Notes under the pieces: model-generated
The model's input: only the letters and a program-made list of their open reading frames with translations
Told to the model about the DNA's origin: nothing
Databases searched by the model: none
Assembly: GCA_965248355.1 (NCBI GenBank)
Contig: OZ252098.1
Location: 480,001-544,000 of the forward strand
DNA from: Candidatus Latescibacterota bacterium
GTDB lineage: Bacteria > Latescibacterota > UBA2968 > UBA8231
Direction of reading: 5' to 3'
DNA length: 64,000 nucleotides
Position numbers and translations under genes: made by a program
Part shown: positions 28,430 through 37,009 of the stretch, piece by piece
Layout: each line of letters opens with the position of its first letter
Numbering within the stretch: position 1 is the first letter of the stretch

Positions 28430-31400
28430 ATGTTTGCCTGGATCACATTGGCTCTGATCGTCGCCTTCTACGGGGCCACTCGCAACGTGCCCACGGCCGA
28501 CGAGATCAAGGCCTCCTTCGACCACGGCCAGAAGTTCTACTCCTCCGGCGCCTATGATCAGGCCATCGGCGAGTACCGGTCGATCCTCAAGAGCGGCAGC
28601 TCGCTTTTGAGGATGGAGGGCGTCACCGTCTCGGTGGGCGACATCGAGGCGCCCCTCCAGGAGGTGGCGACCTACCAGATCGGCAACGCCCATCTCAAGA
28701 TGGCCGAGGAAGCCCTCGAGCGACGCTCCCGGGCCCGTGACCTGGAGACGCAGCAGGACCTGCAGGCCCGGGCCGGAGATCTCCTGGCCGAGGCCATCGA
28801 CTACTTCGAGATCACCGAGGAGCGGGCCACGGTGGACGTCCTGCGGGCCCTGGCCCGCAGCCAGATCATCACCTGCCACTACAAGCGCGGGGACTATGAA
28901 GGCACCATCGATGCGGCCCTGACCCTGATAGAACATTACCCCGCGAGCAAGTACGTGGTGCAGGCCATGTACGACATCGGCTGGGCGTACTTCGACATGG
29001 AGGAGTACGCCTCCAGCGCCGGCGCCTTCGAGAGGCTCGTGAAGCGCTTTCCCTCCGGGTACCGAGGAAACCGGGCGCTGTTCCAGATCGGCGAGTCGTA
29101 CTTCCGGCTGGAGCGCTACCGTGACGCCATCCCGCAGTTCCGGCGCCTTGTCGAGTCGCAGCGAATCGGCCAGATGTCGCAGCGCGAGTTGCTGGTCATG
29201 AAGCGCGAGAAGCTCGCCGGCCTGGTGGACGAGACGGCCCTGGAGCTGGCCGCCAAGGCGATGATCCGCCTCGGCGAGTGTTACGAGCGAATCGGCGATT
29301 ACCAGGAGGCGAGCCGGGCCTTCGAGACGGTGGCGACGCAGTTCCAGGAGGAGCAGCGGCTGGCCGAGGAAGCCTACCTCCGCCACGCGGATATGCACTA
29401 CAGCCGCGGGGACTTCGAAGCCTGTATCGCCGTATACCGGAAGGCCATCGAGAACGACCCCGACATGGGGGACAAGGCCCGACTGCAGCTGCTGATGGCG
29501 AACCGTTACTTCGAGACCGAGCACTATCCGGAGGCGGCCCTGGAGTACACCATCTACCGGGATACGTACGCCATGTGGGCGGCTGCCGCCGGCCTGCCCG
29601 TGGAAGGAGTGGGCCTGCAGATCGCGCGGGCCTGGTTCCGGCGGGCGGCCCTGGTGGAATCGGCCCGGCGCCTGGACCCGTACCGGCGCGCCGAGGCGGA
29701 ACTGAAGACCACCCTGCGCGCCTATCGGGGCTCGGCGTACGATGTGGAGTTGCGCTTCAATCTCGGCCTGGCCCTGGAGCGGCAGGAGGACGAGGCCAAG
29801 ATCACCGAGGCCCTCGCCCTCTACCTCGACCTCATCGAGGATCCCCAGTCCGGCGGCTACCGCCAGAGCGCGCGCTTCCAGGCCGCCCGGATCCTGCACG
29901 ACCGCCAGGATTTCGGGGCCGCCGCCGACCAGTACCGCCGGGTCATCCTGGAGATGGCGGACCGTGCCGAGGTGCAGATCGCCCGTTTCGAGCTCGCCAA
30001 TGTCCTGCGCGACGCCGGGCGGCTCGACGAGGCCGTCGCCGCATACCGCGAGGTCGATCCCGAAGCCGAGTTGTTCGCACGCTCACGCCTCGAGGCCGGG
30101 CAGTTCCTGCTCTCCGCCGGCCGCACCGGCGAGGCGATCCCCATCCTCGAGGAAGGCCTGGCGCCGCAAGGAGAGGCCGACCGGGAGACCCTGGCCCTGC
30201 TGCACTACCTGCTTGGCGCCGCCCATTCAGGCCTGGAGCAGCACGAGGCATCCGTGCCCTGGTTCTCCATGGCCATCGAAGGGGGCGTGGAGACCGTTCT
30301 GGAGCAGGCCGTCTACGGACGTGGACTGGCCAATTTCCGGATGGGCCGCTTACAGGAGGCGGCTGCAGACCTCGATCGCCCGTGGCAGCAGACGGAGTTC
30401 CTGAGCTCGGCTTCCAGACTCCTGGCGGCCTGCTACACGCAGCTCGATCGGACCGACGAGGCCCTGGAGGTATACCAGAGACTCGCTTTGGAGACGGAGA
30501 CGGTCCTGGAGGAGGCGGAGTTCCGTCTGGCACACGCCGAGATCCGCTATCGGCAGGGCGGCTACGAGGAGGTGGTCGAGGCTTGCCGCGCCATCGAAGC
30601 CCTGGACGTGACCGAGACGGAGTTGCCGAGGTCGCGGCCGTACTACGTGCTCGAGAAGTCCTACTACCTGAAGGCCGACGCCTCCCTGCGGCTGAATCGA
30701 TTGACCGACGCGGCCGGGGCGGCGGCCAAGGGCTGGCAGCGGTTTCCAGGCGGGTATTTCGCGGCCGATTTCCTCTTTCTGCGGGGCCTGGCCGACCTGC
30801 AACTCGATGCCAACGAATCCTCCGTGGCCTCCTTCACCCGGATGCTGCAGCGCTTTCCCGACCACGGCAATGCCCCGTACGCCCTCTACTACCGAGCCTA
30901 CGGATACTTCAACCAGACCATGTTCCGGGAGGCGGAAGCGGACTTCCACCGCCTGCTGCGCGAGCACCCGGAGATCGATGTCGCAGCCGACGCCGCCTTC
31001 CGCACGGCCGAGTGCGTGTACAACCTCGGCCGCTTCGCCGAGGCCGCAGGCGCCTACCAGGCCTTTCACGACCTCTTCCCGTCGACGCCGCTGGCCGAGG
31101 AAGCCCTTTACAACGTCGCCTGGTGTCATCTGAACAAGCGCGGCGAACTGGGACGGCACGAGGCCGAGGCACGGCGCAGCCTGGAAACCTACCTGGAGGC
31201 CTATCCAGGGGGACGTTGGGCGTCCACGGCGCGGTACACCCTGGCGGAGATTCGCTACAACGCCGGGGAGTACGACGCGGCCTACGGGATGTTCGTGGAC
31301 ATCGAGGAGGAGTTCCCCGGCACGGAAGCGGCACGCCGCGCCGCCGGGGCTCTCCCGGACCTCAGGGAAGCCGTGGCCTACAAGGCCTACGAAGCGGCCA

Positions 31401-31681
31401 TGGAGGAATTCAACTTGGCCGTGGAGAGCGAGAGCGACGACGACGTGCGGGCGGTGATCCCCCGGCTCGAGGTGATCTGGGAGGAGTATCCCGGAACCTC
31501 CAGTGGCATCGGCGCACGTGTGAACATGGCGGTTGCATACCAGAAGCTGAGGCGGTGGAGACAGGCGGTGGAAATCTTCGACGAGATCGTCGCCGCCTCC
31601 GAGGGCGGCGCTCCGGTGGAACCCAATGTGCTGGCCTTCTGCCAGCGCCGCAGCGGCACGATCAGGAGGAAGCACCTGTGA
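28430..31681 (+). CDS. Large exported TPR protein (BamD/CpoB-like repeats), ~1080 aa
   Basis: AAGGA RBS, N-terminal hydrophobic helix and repeated 'A...F..L...(F/Y)P.S....A.(Y/F)..G..YF' units. Confidence 0.85.
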   Translation: MFAWITLALIVAFYGATRNVPTADEIKASFDHGQKFYSSGAYDQAIGEYRSILKSGSSLLRMEGVTVSVGDIEAPLQEVATYQIGNAHLKMAEEALERRSRARDLETQQDLQARAGDLLAEAIDYFEITEERATVDVLRALARSQIITCHYKRGDYEGTIDAALTLIEHYPASKYVVQAMYDIGWAYFDMEEYASSAGAFERLVKRFPSGYRGNRALFQIGESYFRLERYRDAIPQFRRLVESQRIGQMSQRELLVMKREKLAGLVDETALELAAKAMIRLGECYERIGDYQEASRAFETVATQFQEEQRLAEEAYLRHADMHYSRGDFEACIAVYRKAIENDPDMGDKARLQLLMANRYFETEHYPEAALEYTIYRDTYAMWAAAAGLPVEGVGLQIARAWFRRAALVESARRLDPYRRAEAELKTTLRAYRGSAYDVELRFNLGLALERQEDEAKITEALALYLDLIEDPQSGGYRQSARFQAARILHDRQDFGAAADQYRRVILEMADRAEVQIARFELANVLRDAGRLDEAVAAYREVDPEAELFARSRLEAGQFLLSAGRTGEAIPILEEGLAPQGEADRETLALLHYLLGAAHSGLEQHEASVPWFSMAIEGGVETVLEQAVYGRGLANFRMGRLQEAAADLDRPWQQTEFLSSASRLLAACYTQLDRTDEALEVYQRLALETETVLEEAEFRLAHAEIRYRQGGYEEVVEACRAIEALDVTETELPRSRPYYVLEKSYYLKADASLRLNRLTDAAGAAAKGWQRFPGGYFAADFLFLRGLADLQLDANESSVASFTRMLQRFPDHGNAPYALYYRAYGYFNQTMFREAEADFHRLLREHPEIDVAADAAFRTAECVYNLGRFAEAAGAYQAFHDLFPSTPLAEEALYNVAWCHLNKRGELGRHEAEARRSLETYLEAYPGGRWASTARYTLAEIRYNAGEYDAAYGMFVDIEEEFPGTEAARRAAGALPDLREAVAYKAYEAAMEEFNLAVESESDDDVRAVIPRLEVIWEEYPGTSSGIGARVNMAVAYQKLRRWRQAVEIFDEIVAASEGGAPVEPNVLAFCQRRSGTIRRKHL

Positions 31682-32877
31682 TGGACCGTCTATCGGTTCT
31701 TCGCTACGGACGCAGGCTCCTCTACCTGGGCCTGGTGGCGTCGGTGGCTCTCCACCTGGCGGTCGGTGCGGTCTGGCTCCTGCCGGAGGACGAGGAGGAG
31801 GAGCGGGTTGTGGCCCGTTTCGAATTCGAGGAACAGGACACGCCGCTCTTCGTGCCGGCGCCGCGGCTGGCGCGCGAGTTCGCCTTCCGCAAGCAACCGA
31901 TCCCCCAGGGCACGCCCATCGTGCGGTCCAGCGGCGACGAGACGTCGACCACCGTGGGCGGCGCCGTGGGCCGCGTGCGCATGTCACCCACCTCGGCCAC
32001 GTGGACCCGTACCGGGGGGAGCGCCGACTTTCTGGTCGACGTTGGCGCCGGCGACCTGAGTGCCGCCGTGGTCGGCTTGCCCCGGTTCGAGGCGGTGGAG
32101 CTGACGAGCCTGAAGGAGCCGGAGCGGCGGATCGACATGGAGGCCGAGTTCCTCGACCTGACGGCCCTCAATACGGGCCGCTACCGGGGCATGGTGATCC
32201 AGGATCCAACGGACAAGCAGAACATCACCGGCTTCGTCTACCTGGCCCTGGCCTGGGGGAGCATCCTGGAGCCGTCCCAGAAACGTTCGATCAACCAGCT
32301 CGTGCGGGCCATCAACAACTACACGCGGATCGAGGCCCAGGAATACGATCAGATGTTCCTCGACTCGCAGGCGCTGTTCAAGGCGCCCTTCGTCTACATC
32401 GCGGCGAACCGGTCCTTCGAGCTGACCGAGCACGAGTCCCGGAATCTGGCCCGCTATCTGCGCAGCGGCGGATTCGTCGTGGCCGACAACGGCCGGCCGG
32501 ACCTGGAATTCGGCCCCGCCGAGGCCAGCCTGCGGCAGATGTTCCGCGAGGCCCTGGGCCGGGACGCCCGGTTCGTGCCTCTGCAGAACGACCACCCCAT
32601 CTACCACGTGTTCTTCGACTTCGACGACGGCCCTCCGCCGGGGGGCGAGGTCTCGAACCGGAATTATCGCCGAACGGTGTATTTCCTGGAGGGGATCTTC
32701 CTCGGCGACCGGCTGGTGGCCATCTACTCGGACAAGGGCTACGGCATCTTCTGGGAAAGGGAAACGCAGAACGAGCCCCACTTGAAGATGGGGGTGAACA
32801 TGGTGGTCTTCGCCCTGACGCAGAAGGGCTCCATCGCGCAGCAGCAGATCGACTTCTACAACCAGCACAGCCAATGA
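31681..32877 (+). CDS. DUF4159-domain protein with TonB/TolA-like N-terminal anchor (SxxxH)
   Basis: TGATG overlap. TM helix GLVASVALHLAVG. C-terminal PFVYI...LARYLRSGGFVVAD...DHPIYHVFFDF...LEGIFLGDRLVAIYS...MGVNMVVFALT is typical of DUF4159. Confidence 0.8.
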   Translation: MDRLSVLRYGRRLLYLGLVASVALHLAVGAVWLLPEDEEEERVVARFEFEEQDTPLFVPAPRLAREFAFRKQPIPQGTPIVRSSGDETSTTVGGAVGRVRMSPTSATWTRTGGSADFLVDVGAGDLSAAVVGLPRFEAVELTSLKEPERRIDMEAEFLDLTALNTGRYRGMVIQDPTDKQNITGFVYLALAWGSILEPSQKRSINQLVRAINNYTRIEAQEYDQMFLDSQALFKAPFVYIAANRSFELTEHESRNLARYLRSGGFVVADNGRPDLEFGPAEASLRQMFREALGRDARFVPLQNDHPIYHVFFDFDDGPPPGGEVSNRNYRRTVYFLEGIFLGDRLVAIYSDKGYGIFWERETQNEPHLKMGVNMVVFALTQKGSIAQQQIDFYNQHSQ

Positions 32878-32923
32878 GACCAGGCTGGATCCCATGGGCC
32901 CGGACAGACAAGGAATGAACCAC

Positions 32924-34192
32924 ATGGGGCAAGGCAGTCAGGAACGAAGCACGAGGGGCCGTCGAGGTCATTGGCGGGGGCGGGGCGCGCTTGGCCTCGC
33001 CTTGATGGTATCCCTGCTCACCGTCCACTGCAGCTTCCTGCGCGAGGCGATCTACCCCGAACGCTACGACCGGGTGGTCTCCCTGCTCCCGGGGGAGCAG
33101 GGAGAGCAGGGCATCACGGTCGGCGAGGGCGGACTGGTCTCCTACGAGATCGAAGGGCTGAGAATCGCCGTCGAGCACATGACCGATCACGAGCTCAACT
33201 CCATCTTCCCGAACGAGTCCAACAAGGGGCAGTACTCGATCAACCCCTACACGTACGGAGATTACGTGGACCCGACCCTGGGATACGTTCGGACCCGCTT
33301 TGCCGTGTTCCGGGTCACCGTCACCAACCAGGACTTCGCCAAGGTGGCCTTGCAGCCCCTGCAATTGCTGCTGACCACGAACCGCCCCGGCGAGGTCCTC
33401 AGGGCCTACGGGGTGCTCGCCGGTTCGGCCCCCCGCAACTTCGAGTCCTACTACCGCGCGCTGAAGGGACCCAGCGGCAACGAGGACTACCGGTTCAACA
33501 TGCGCATGGGCCTGGTGCGCACGAACAACTATGCCGTGGACGAGGAGATCTTCAAGGGCGAGCAGTACTCCGGGTTTCTCGTCTTCGATCCCCTGGAGGA
33601 CGCGGTGACCGATGTGCAACTGCATCTGAAGGACTTCATCCTGAAGTTCAACGCTTTCGGCAAGCCCCTGGAGACGACGGACGTCTCCTTCACCTTCCGT
33701 CGGACCGTGGAGCAGCAGATCCTCGATTTCGCGCGCGCCGAGGAATGGGAGTTCTCGGAAGCCCGACTGGCGGCGGCCAGCCAGGTCGTGGGCAACGCCA
33801 CGGGGGATATCACGCGGGACGTGACCGCCATCGACGCCTTCGCCCGCACCCGGCTGGAGGAAGTGAATGACTGCTTCGAGGGCCCCTTCATGGAAGGCAA
33901 GGCTTCGGAGGGGAAAGTGACGGCCCAGTTCGTCGTCCTGGCCAGCGGCATGGTGGAATCGGCCCAGATCCTGGAAGCCACGGTCGTCAGCGACGAGGTG
34001 AGCCGTTGCGTGGAGGAGAGAGTTCGGTCCTGGCGGCTGCAGCCTTCCACCGGCGTGGCCCCGGTGGCGGCCGAATCTCAGGAACAGGAACCGTCCGACG
34101 CGGCCATGGCCCCGGTTCCGGTCCGCGGGCCCACCTCGGCGCGGGTGACGGCAAGGGTCTACTTCGAGTTCCAGGACGTGCGGCCGGAGTAG
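32924..34192 (+). CDS. Putative lipoprotein with C-terminal AgmX/PglI (TonB-C-like) domain
   Basis: Hydrophobic stretch ending in TVHC, and C-terminal DCFE...GKVTAQFVVLASGMVESAQI...VSRCVEERVRSW. Start could be 32894, 32915 or 32924. Confidence 0.7.
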   Translation: MGQGSQERSTRGRRGHWRGRGALGLALMVSLLTVHCSFLREAIYPERYDRVVSLLPGEQGEQGITVGEGGLVSYEIEGLRIAVEHMTDHELNSIFPNESNKGQYSINPYTYGDYVDPTLGYVRTRFAVFRVTVTNQDFAKVALQPLQLLLTTNRPGEVLRAYGVLAGSAPRNFESYYRALKGPSGNEDYRFNMRMGLVRTNNYAVDEEIFKGEQYSGFLVFDPLEDAVTDVQLHLKDFILKFNAFGKPLETTDVSFTFRRTVEQQILDFARAEEWEFSEARLAAASQVVGNATGDITRDVTAIDAFARTRLEEVNDCFEGPFMEGKASEGKVTAQFVVLASGMVESAQILEATVVSDEVSRCVEERVRSWRLQPSTGVAPVAAESQEQEPSDAAMAPVPVRGPTSARVTARVYFEFQDVRPE

Positions 34193-34222
34193 CCCGGGCG
34201 AGCCCCGCCCCCGCCGCCGGGG

Positions 34223-37009
34223 TCAGCGGTCGAGGCCGCGCAGCATCCCCACTACTTCACGGTCCCCCGGGTCCAGTTCCAGGGCCCGTTCCAGCGCGCG
34301 CCGTGCCTCGGCGGGCCGCCGAAGGGCCAGCAAGGCCCGGCCGAGATTGGCGTGCACCAGGGCGACGTCGTCACGCAGTGCCAAGGCGCGCTGGAAGGCC
34401 TTCAGGGCGTCGCCGGGCCGACCCAGTTGCAGCCTCGTCATGCCCAGGTCATTCCAGGCGCGGGGGTCATCGGGCAGCTGCGTCGTTGCCCGGAGCAGGG
34501 CCTTCTCGGCCCTGGCCATCTCACCGTAGCGCAGGAGCACCAGAGCCAGTCCGTACCAGGCGGGTCCGTGGGAACCGTCGAGGGCGAGGGCCTCCCCAAA
34601 AGCGGCGCCAGCCGCCGGCAGGTCACCTCGCGCCAGCAGCAGGTTGCCCAGCCGAGTGCGCGAGAATACGTCCGACGGGTCTCGCAGGCTCCGCTGGCGC
34701 AAGACCTCCAACTCCCTGTCCAGTTCGCCCAGTCGAACATGCCGGGCGGCAAGCCGGCGCGCCTCGGAGGTGCGCCCAAGCCGGTCGTAGACCTGGGCCA
34801 GGATCAGGTGGGGCCGGGGCTGCCCAGGTCCCAGGCGCACCGCTTTCTCCAGGGCCTGCCCGGCGCCGGCCAGGTCGTTCTCTCGCAGGCGGGCGACGCC
34901 GACCCACGTGAAGGCCTCGAAGGAGCGCGGCGACAGCTCCGCGGCGCGGTTGAAAGCCGAGGCCGCCTCCGAGGTCCTGTCCAGGCTCAGGTGCACCTTG
35001 CCGAGCAGCAGGTGCACATCGGCGCGCCCCGGCGCCGCCTGCGCCACTGCCGACAGCAGACCAGCGGCCTCGTGGGCGCGGCCGAGTCCGGCGTAGAGCA
35101 CGACGGCCAGGTTCACTCGGGCCTGCAGGCTGTCCGGGGCCATCTCTATCGCGCGGCGCAGGTAGGCTTCGGCTTGATCATAACTGCCCTCCCGGTACAG
35201 GGCCTTGCCGCGGGCGACCAGTTCGGCGGCCGGCCGTTGCCGGTGTTGGGGACGCACGTCCACGGTCGCCGCCGGCCGCCGCCGAGGCGCTGCCGGCAGT
35301 CGAACGGCCGGGGCCGGCACGGGGGGGCCGGCCACCGCCGCGGCCCCCTCGCGAAGGGTGTGGTAGCGACGGGTTTCCAGACTTCCCAGTCTCTGCTGCC
35401 GGCCGGAGGGATAGCGCACGCGCAGACTGTCGACCCCCGCCGCCGCGCCCAGTCCGAAGAGCAGTCGAGAATCGTGGCTGGACTGGAAGCCGTGGCCGGC
35501 ACGGATCTCCGCGATCTGCCGCACGCCATCGGAGAACACCTCCACACGGGCGCCCACGGCCACGGTTCCGGCCGCGTCGAGGACGCGCAGACCGACCCAC
35601 GAGTGGCGGTTGCCGCCGTCGTTGAGCAACAGCGTGGGCCGCTCGTTCAAGTCGACGAACAACAGGTCGGCGTCGCCGTCGTCGTCGAGATCGCCCACCG
35701 CTGCCGCCCGCCCGACGGCCCGGCGATCCCATCCTGGACCGCCGTCGACGGCGGTGAAGCGGCCCTTCCGGTTCCGGTACAACAGGTTGGCCTGGGGATA
35801 GCTGAGACCGCCCTCGTGTGCCGCCAACTGGGGATAGAGGTGACCGTTGGAGACGAACAGGTCGAGCCAGCCATCGTTGTCGAAGTCCACGAAGGCGGTG
35901 GACCATCCAAGGAGGGGCCGGGAGTCCATCACCAGGCCCGAGGCCGCGGACGCGTCCGTGAAGCGGCCTCTCCCGTCGTTCCGGTAGAGCGTGTTGTAGT
36001 CGTCGGCGAAGTTGGTGACGAACAGGTCCAGGTCTCCGTCGCGGTCGAAATCGCCGGCGTCGACGCCCATGCCCGCCTGGGGCTGGCCGTCCTCCGTAAA
36101 GGCGGCCCCGGCCAGGGCCCCGACCTCCGTGAGGCGCCAGTCGCCATCGTTGCGGTACAAGGTGTTCGGATCGGAGTCGTTGGCCACGTAGAGGTCCTGG
36201 TCTCCGTCCCCGTCGAGGTCGGCGAAGAGCACGCCGAGACCCGCCCGCCGCAAGCCCGCGACGCCGGTGGCCAGGCTCACGTCCTGGAAGCGGCCGTCCC
36301 CGAGGTTCCGATAGAGCCGGTCGGCCTGCCGCTCCACGTCGAGGGGGCCGCAGAAGACATCGAGTCCGCGGTATGAGCACGGTTCGCCCTCTCCCGGGGG
36401 ATGGGCCGGATCGAACTCGAGGTATTTGGTCAGGTAGAGGTCGAGGAGGCCATCGGCGTCCAGGTCGCCGAAGGCGGCGCTCGAGCCCCAGCCGTCGTCG
36501 TCGACCGAGGCCGACTCCGCGATGCCGGTGAAGGTGCCGTCGCCACGGTTCCGGTACAGCTCGTTGCGGCCCCAGCGCGTCACGTAGAGGTCCGGGTCGG
36601 CGTCGGCGTCGATGTCGGCCACGGCTACTCCCATGCCCCAGCCGACCCCCTCGAGGCCCGCCTTCCCGGTGACATCGGAATACCGCGGGACTCCGTCAGC
36701 TCCCTTGTCCGCCTGTCGGAAGAGCCGGTCGCCGGCCGTGGGCGGGGGCCCCTGGAAGCGGGTCCCGCCCACGAGGAAGAGGTCCAGCGCTCCGTCGCCG
36801 TCGGCGTCGAGGATTCCGGCGCCGGCGGACATGGTCTCCACGATCCAGCGCTGCTCCGGAGAGCCGGAGACATTGCGATGGCGATCCAGGCCGGCAGCCT
36901 CGGTCATGTCGAGAAACCGGAACCCCTGGGCGGCACCTCGATCGGGTGGCTCGTCCGCGCCGCAGGCCCAGAGAGCGCACAGGGTCAGGCACGTGAGCCC
37001 CCGGATCAA
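34223..37009 (-). CDS. CRTAC1-family FG-GAP repeat / ASPIC-UnbV protein with C-terminal TPRs
   Basis: LWAC lipobox, repeated DxDxDGxLDL(F/Y)V and LYRNxG motifs, AVGARV...GHGFQS...LLFGLG (UnbV), then TPRs. TTGA overlap with the upstream gene. Confidence 0.88.
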   Translation of the reverse strand: MIRGLTCLTLCALWACGADEPPDRGAAQGFRFLDMTEAAGLDRHRNVSGSPEQRWIVETMSAGAGILDADGDGALDLFLVGGTRFQGPPPTAGDRLFRQADKGADGVPRYSDVTGKAGLEGVGWGMGVAVADIDADADPDLYVTRWGRNELYRNRGDGTFTGIAESASVDDDGWGSSAAFGDLDADGLLDLYLTKYLEFDPAHPPGEGEPCSYRGLDVFCGPLDVERQADRLYRNLGDGRFQDVSLATGVAGLRRAGLGVLFADLDGDGDQDLYVANDSDPNTLYRNDGDWRLTEVGALAGAAFTEDGQPQAGMGVDAGDFDRDGDLDLFVTNFADDYNTLYRNDGRGRFTDASAASGLVMDSRPLLGWSTAFVDFDNDGWLDLFVSNGHLYPQLAAHEGGLSYPQANLLYRNRKGRFTAVDGGPGWDRRAVGRAAAVGDLDDDGDADLLFVDLNERPTLLLNDGGNRHSWVGLRVLDAAGTVAVGARVEVFSDGVRQIAEIRAGHGFQSSHDSRLLFGLGAAAGVDSLRVRYPSGRQQRLGSLETRRYHTLREGAAAVAGPPVPAPAVRLPAAPRRRPAATVDVRPQHRQRPAAELVARGKALYREGSYDQAEAYLRRAIEMAPDSLQARVNLAVVLYAGLGRAHEAAGLLSAVAQAAPGRADVHLLLGKVHLSLDRTSEAASAFNRAAELSPRSFEAFTWVGVARLRENDLAGAGQALEKAVRLGPGQPRPHLILAQVYDRLGRTSEARRLAARHVRLGELDRELEVLRQRSLRDPSDVFSRTRLGNLLLARGDLPAAGAAFGEALALDGSHGPAWYGLALVLLRYGEMARAEKALLRATTQLPDDPRAWNDLGMTRLQLGRPGDALKAFQRALALRDDVALVHANLGRALLALRRPAEARRALERALELDPGDREVVGMLRGLDR

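Noticed and set aside
27830-31680. N-terminal extensions of the ORF-track calls 27830-31681 and 29278-32877
   Set aside because: They overlap real genes in other frames. RBS and overlap evidence favour starts at 28430 and 31681.
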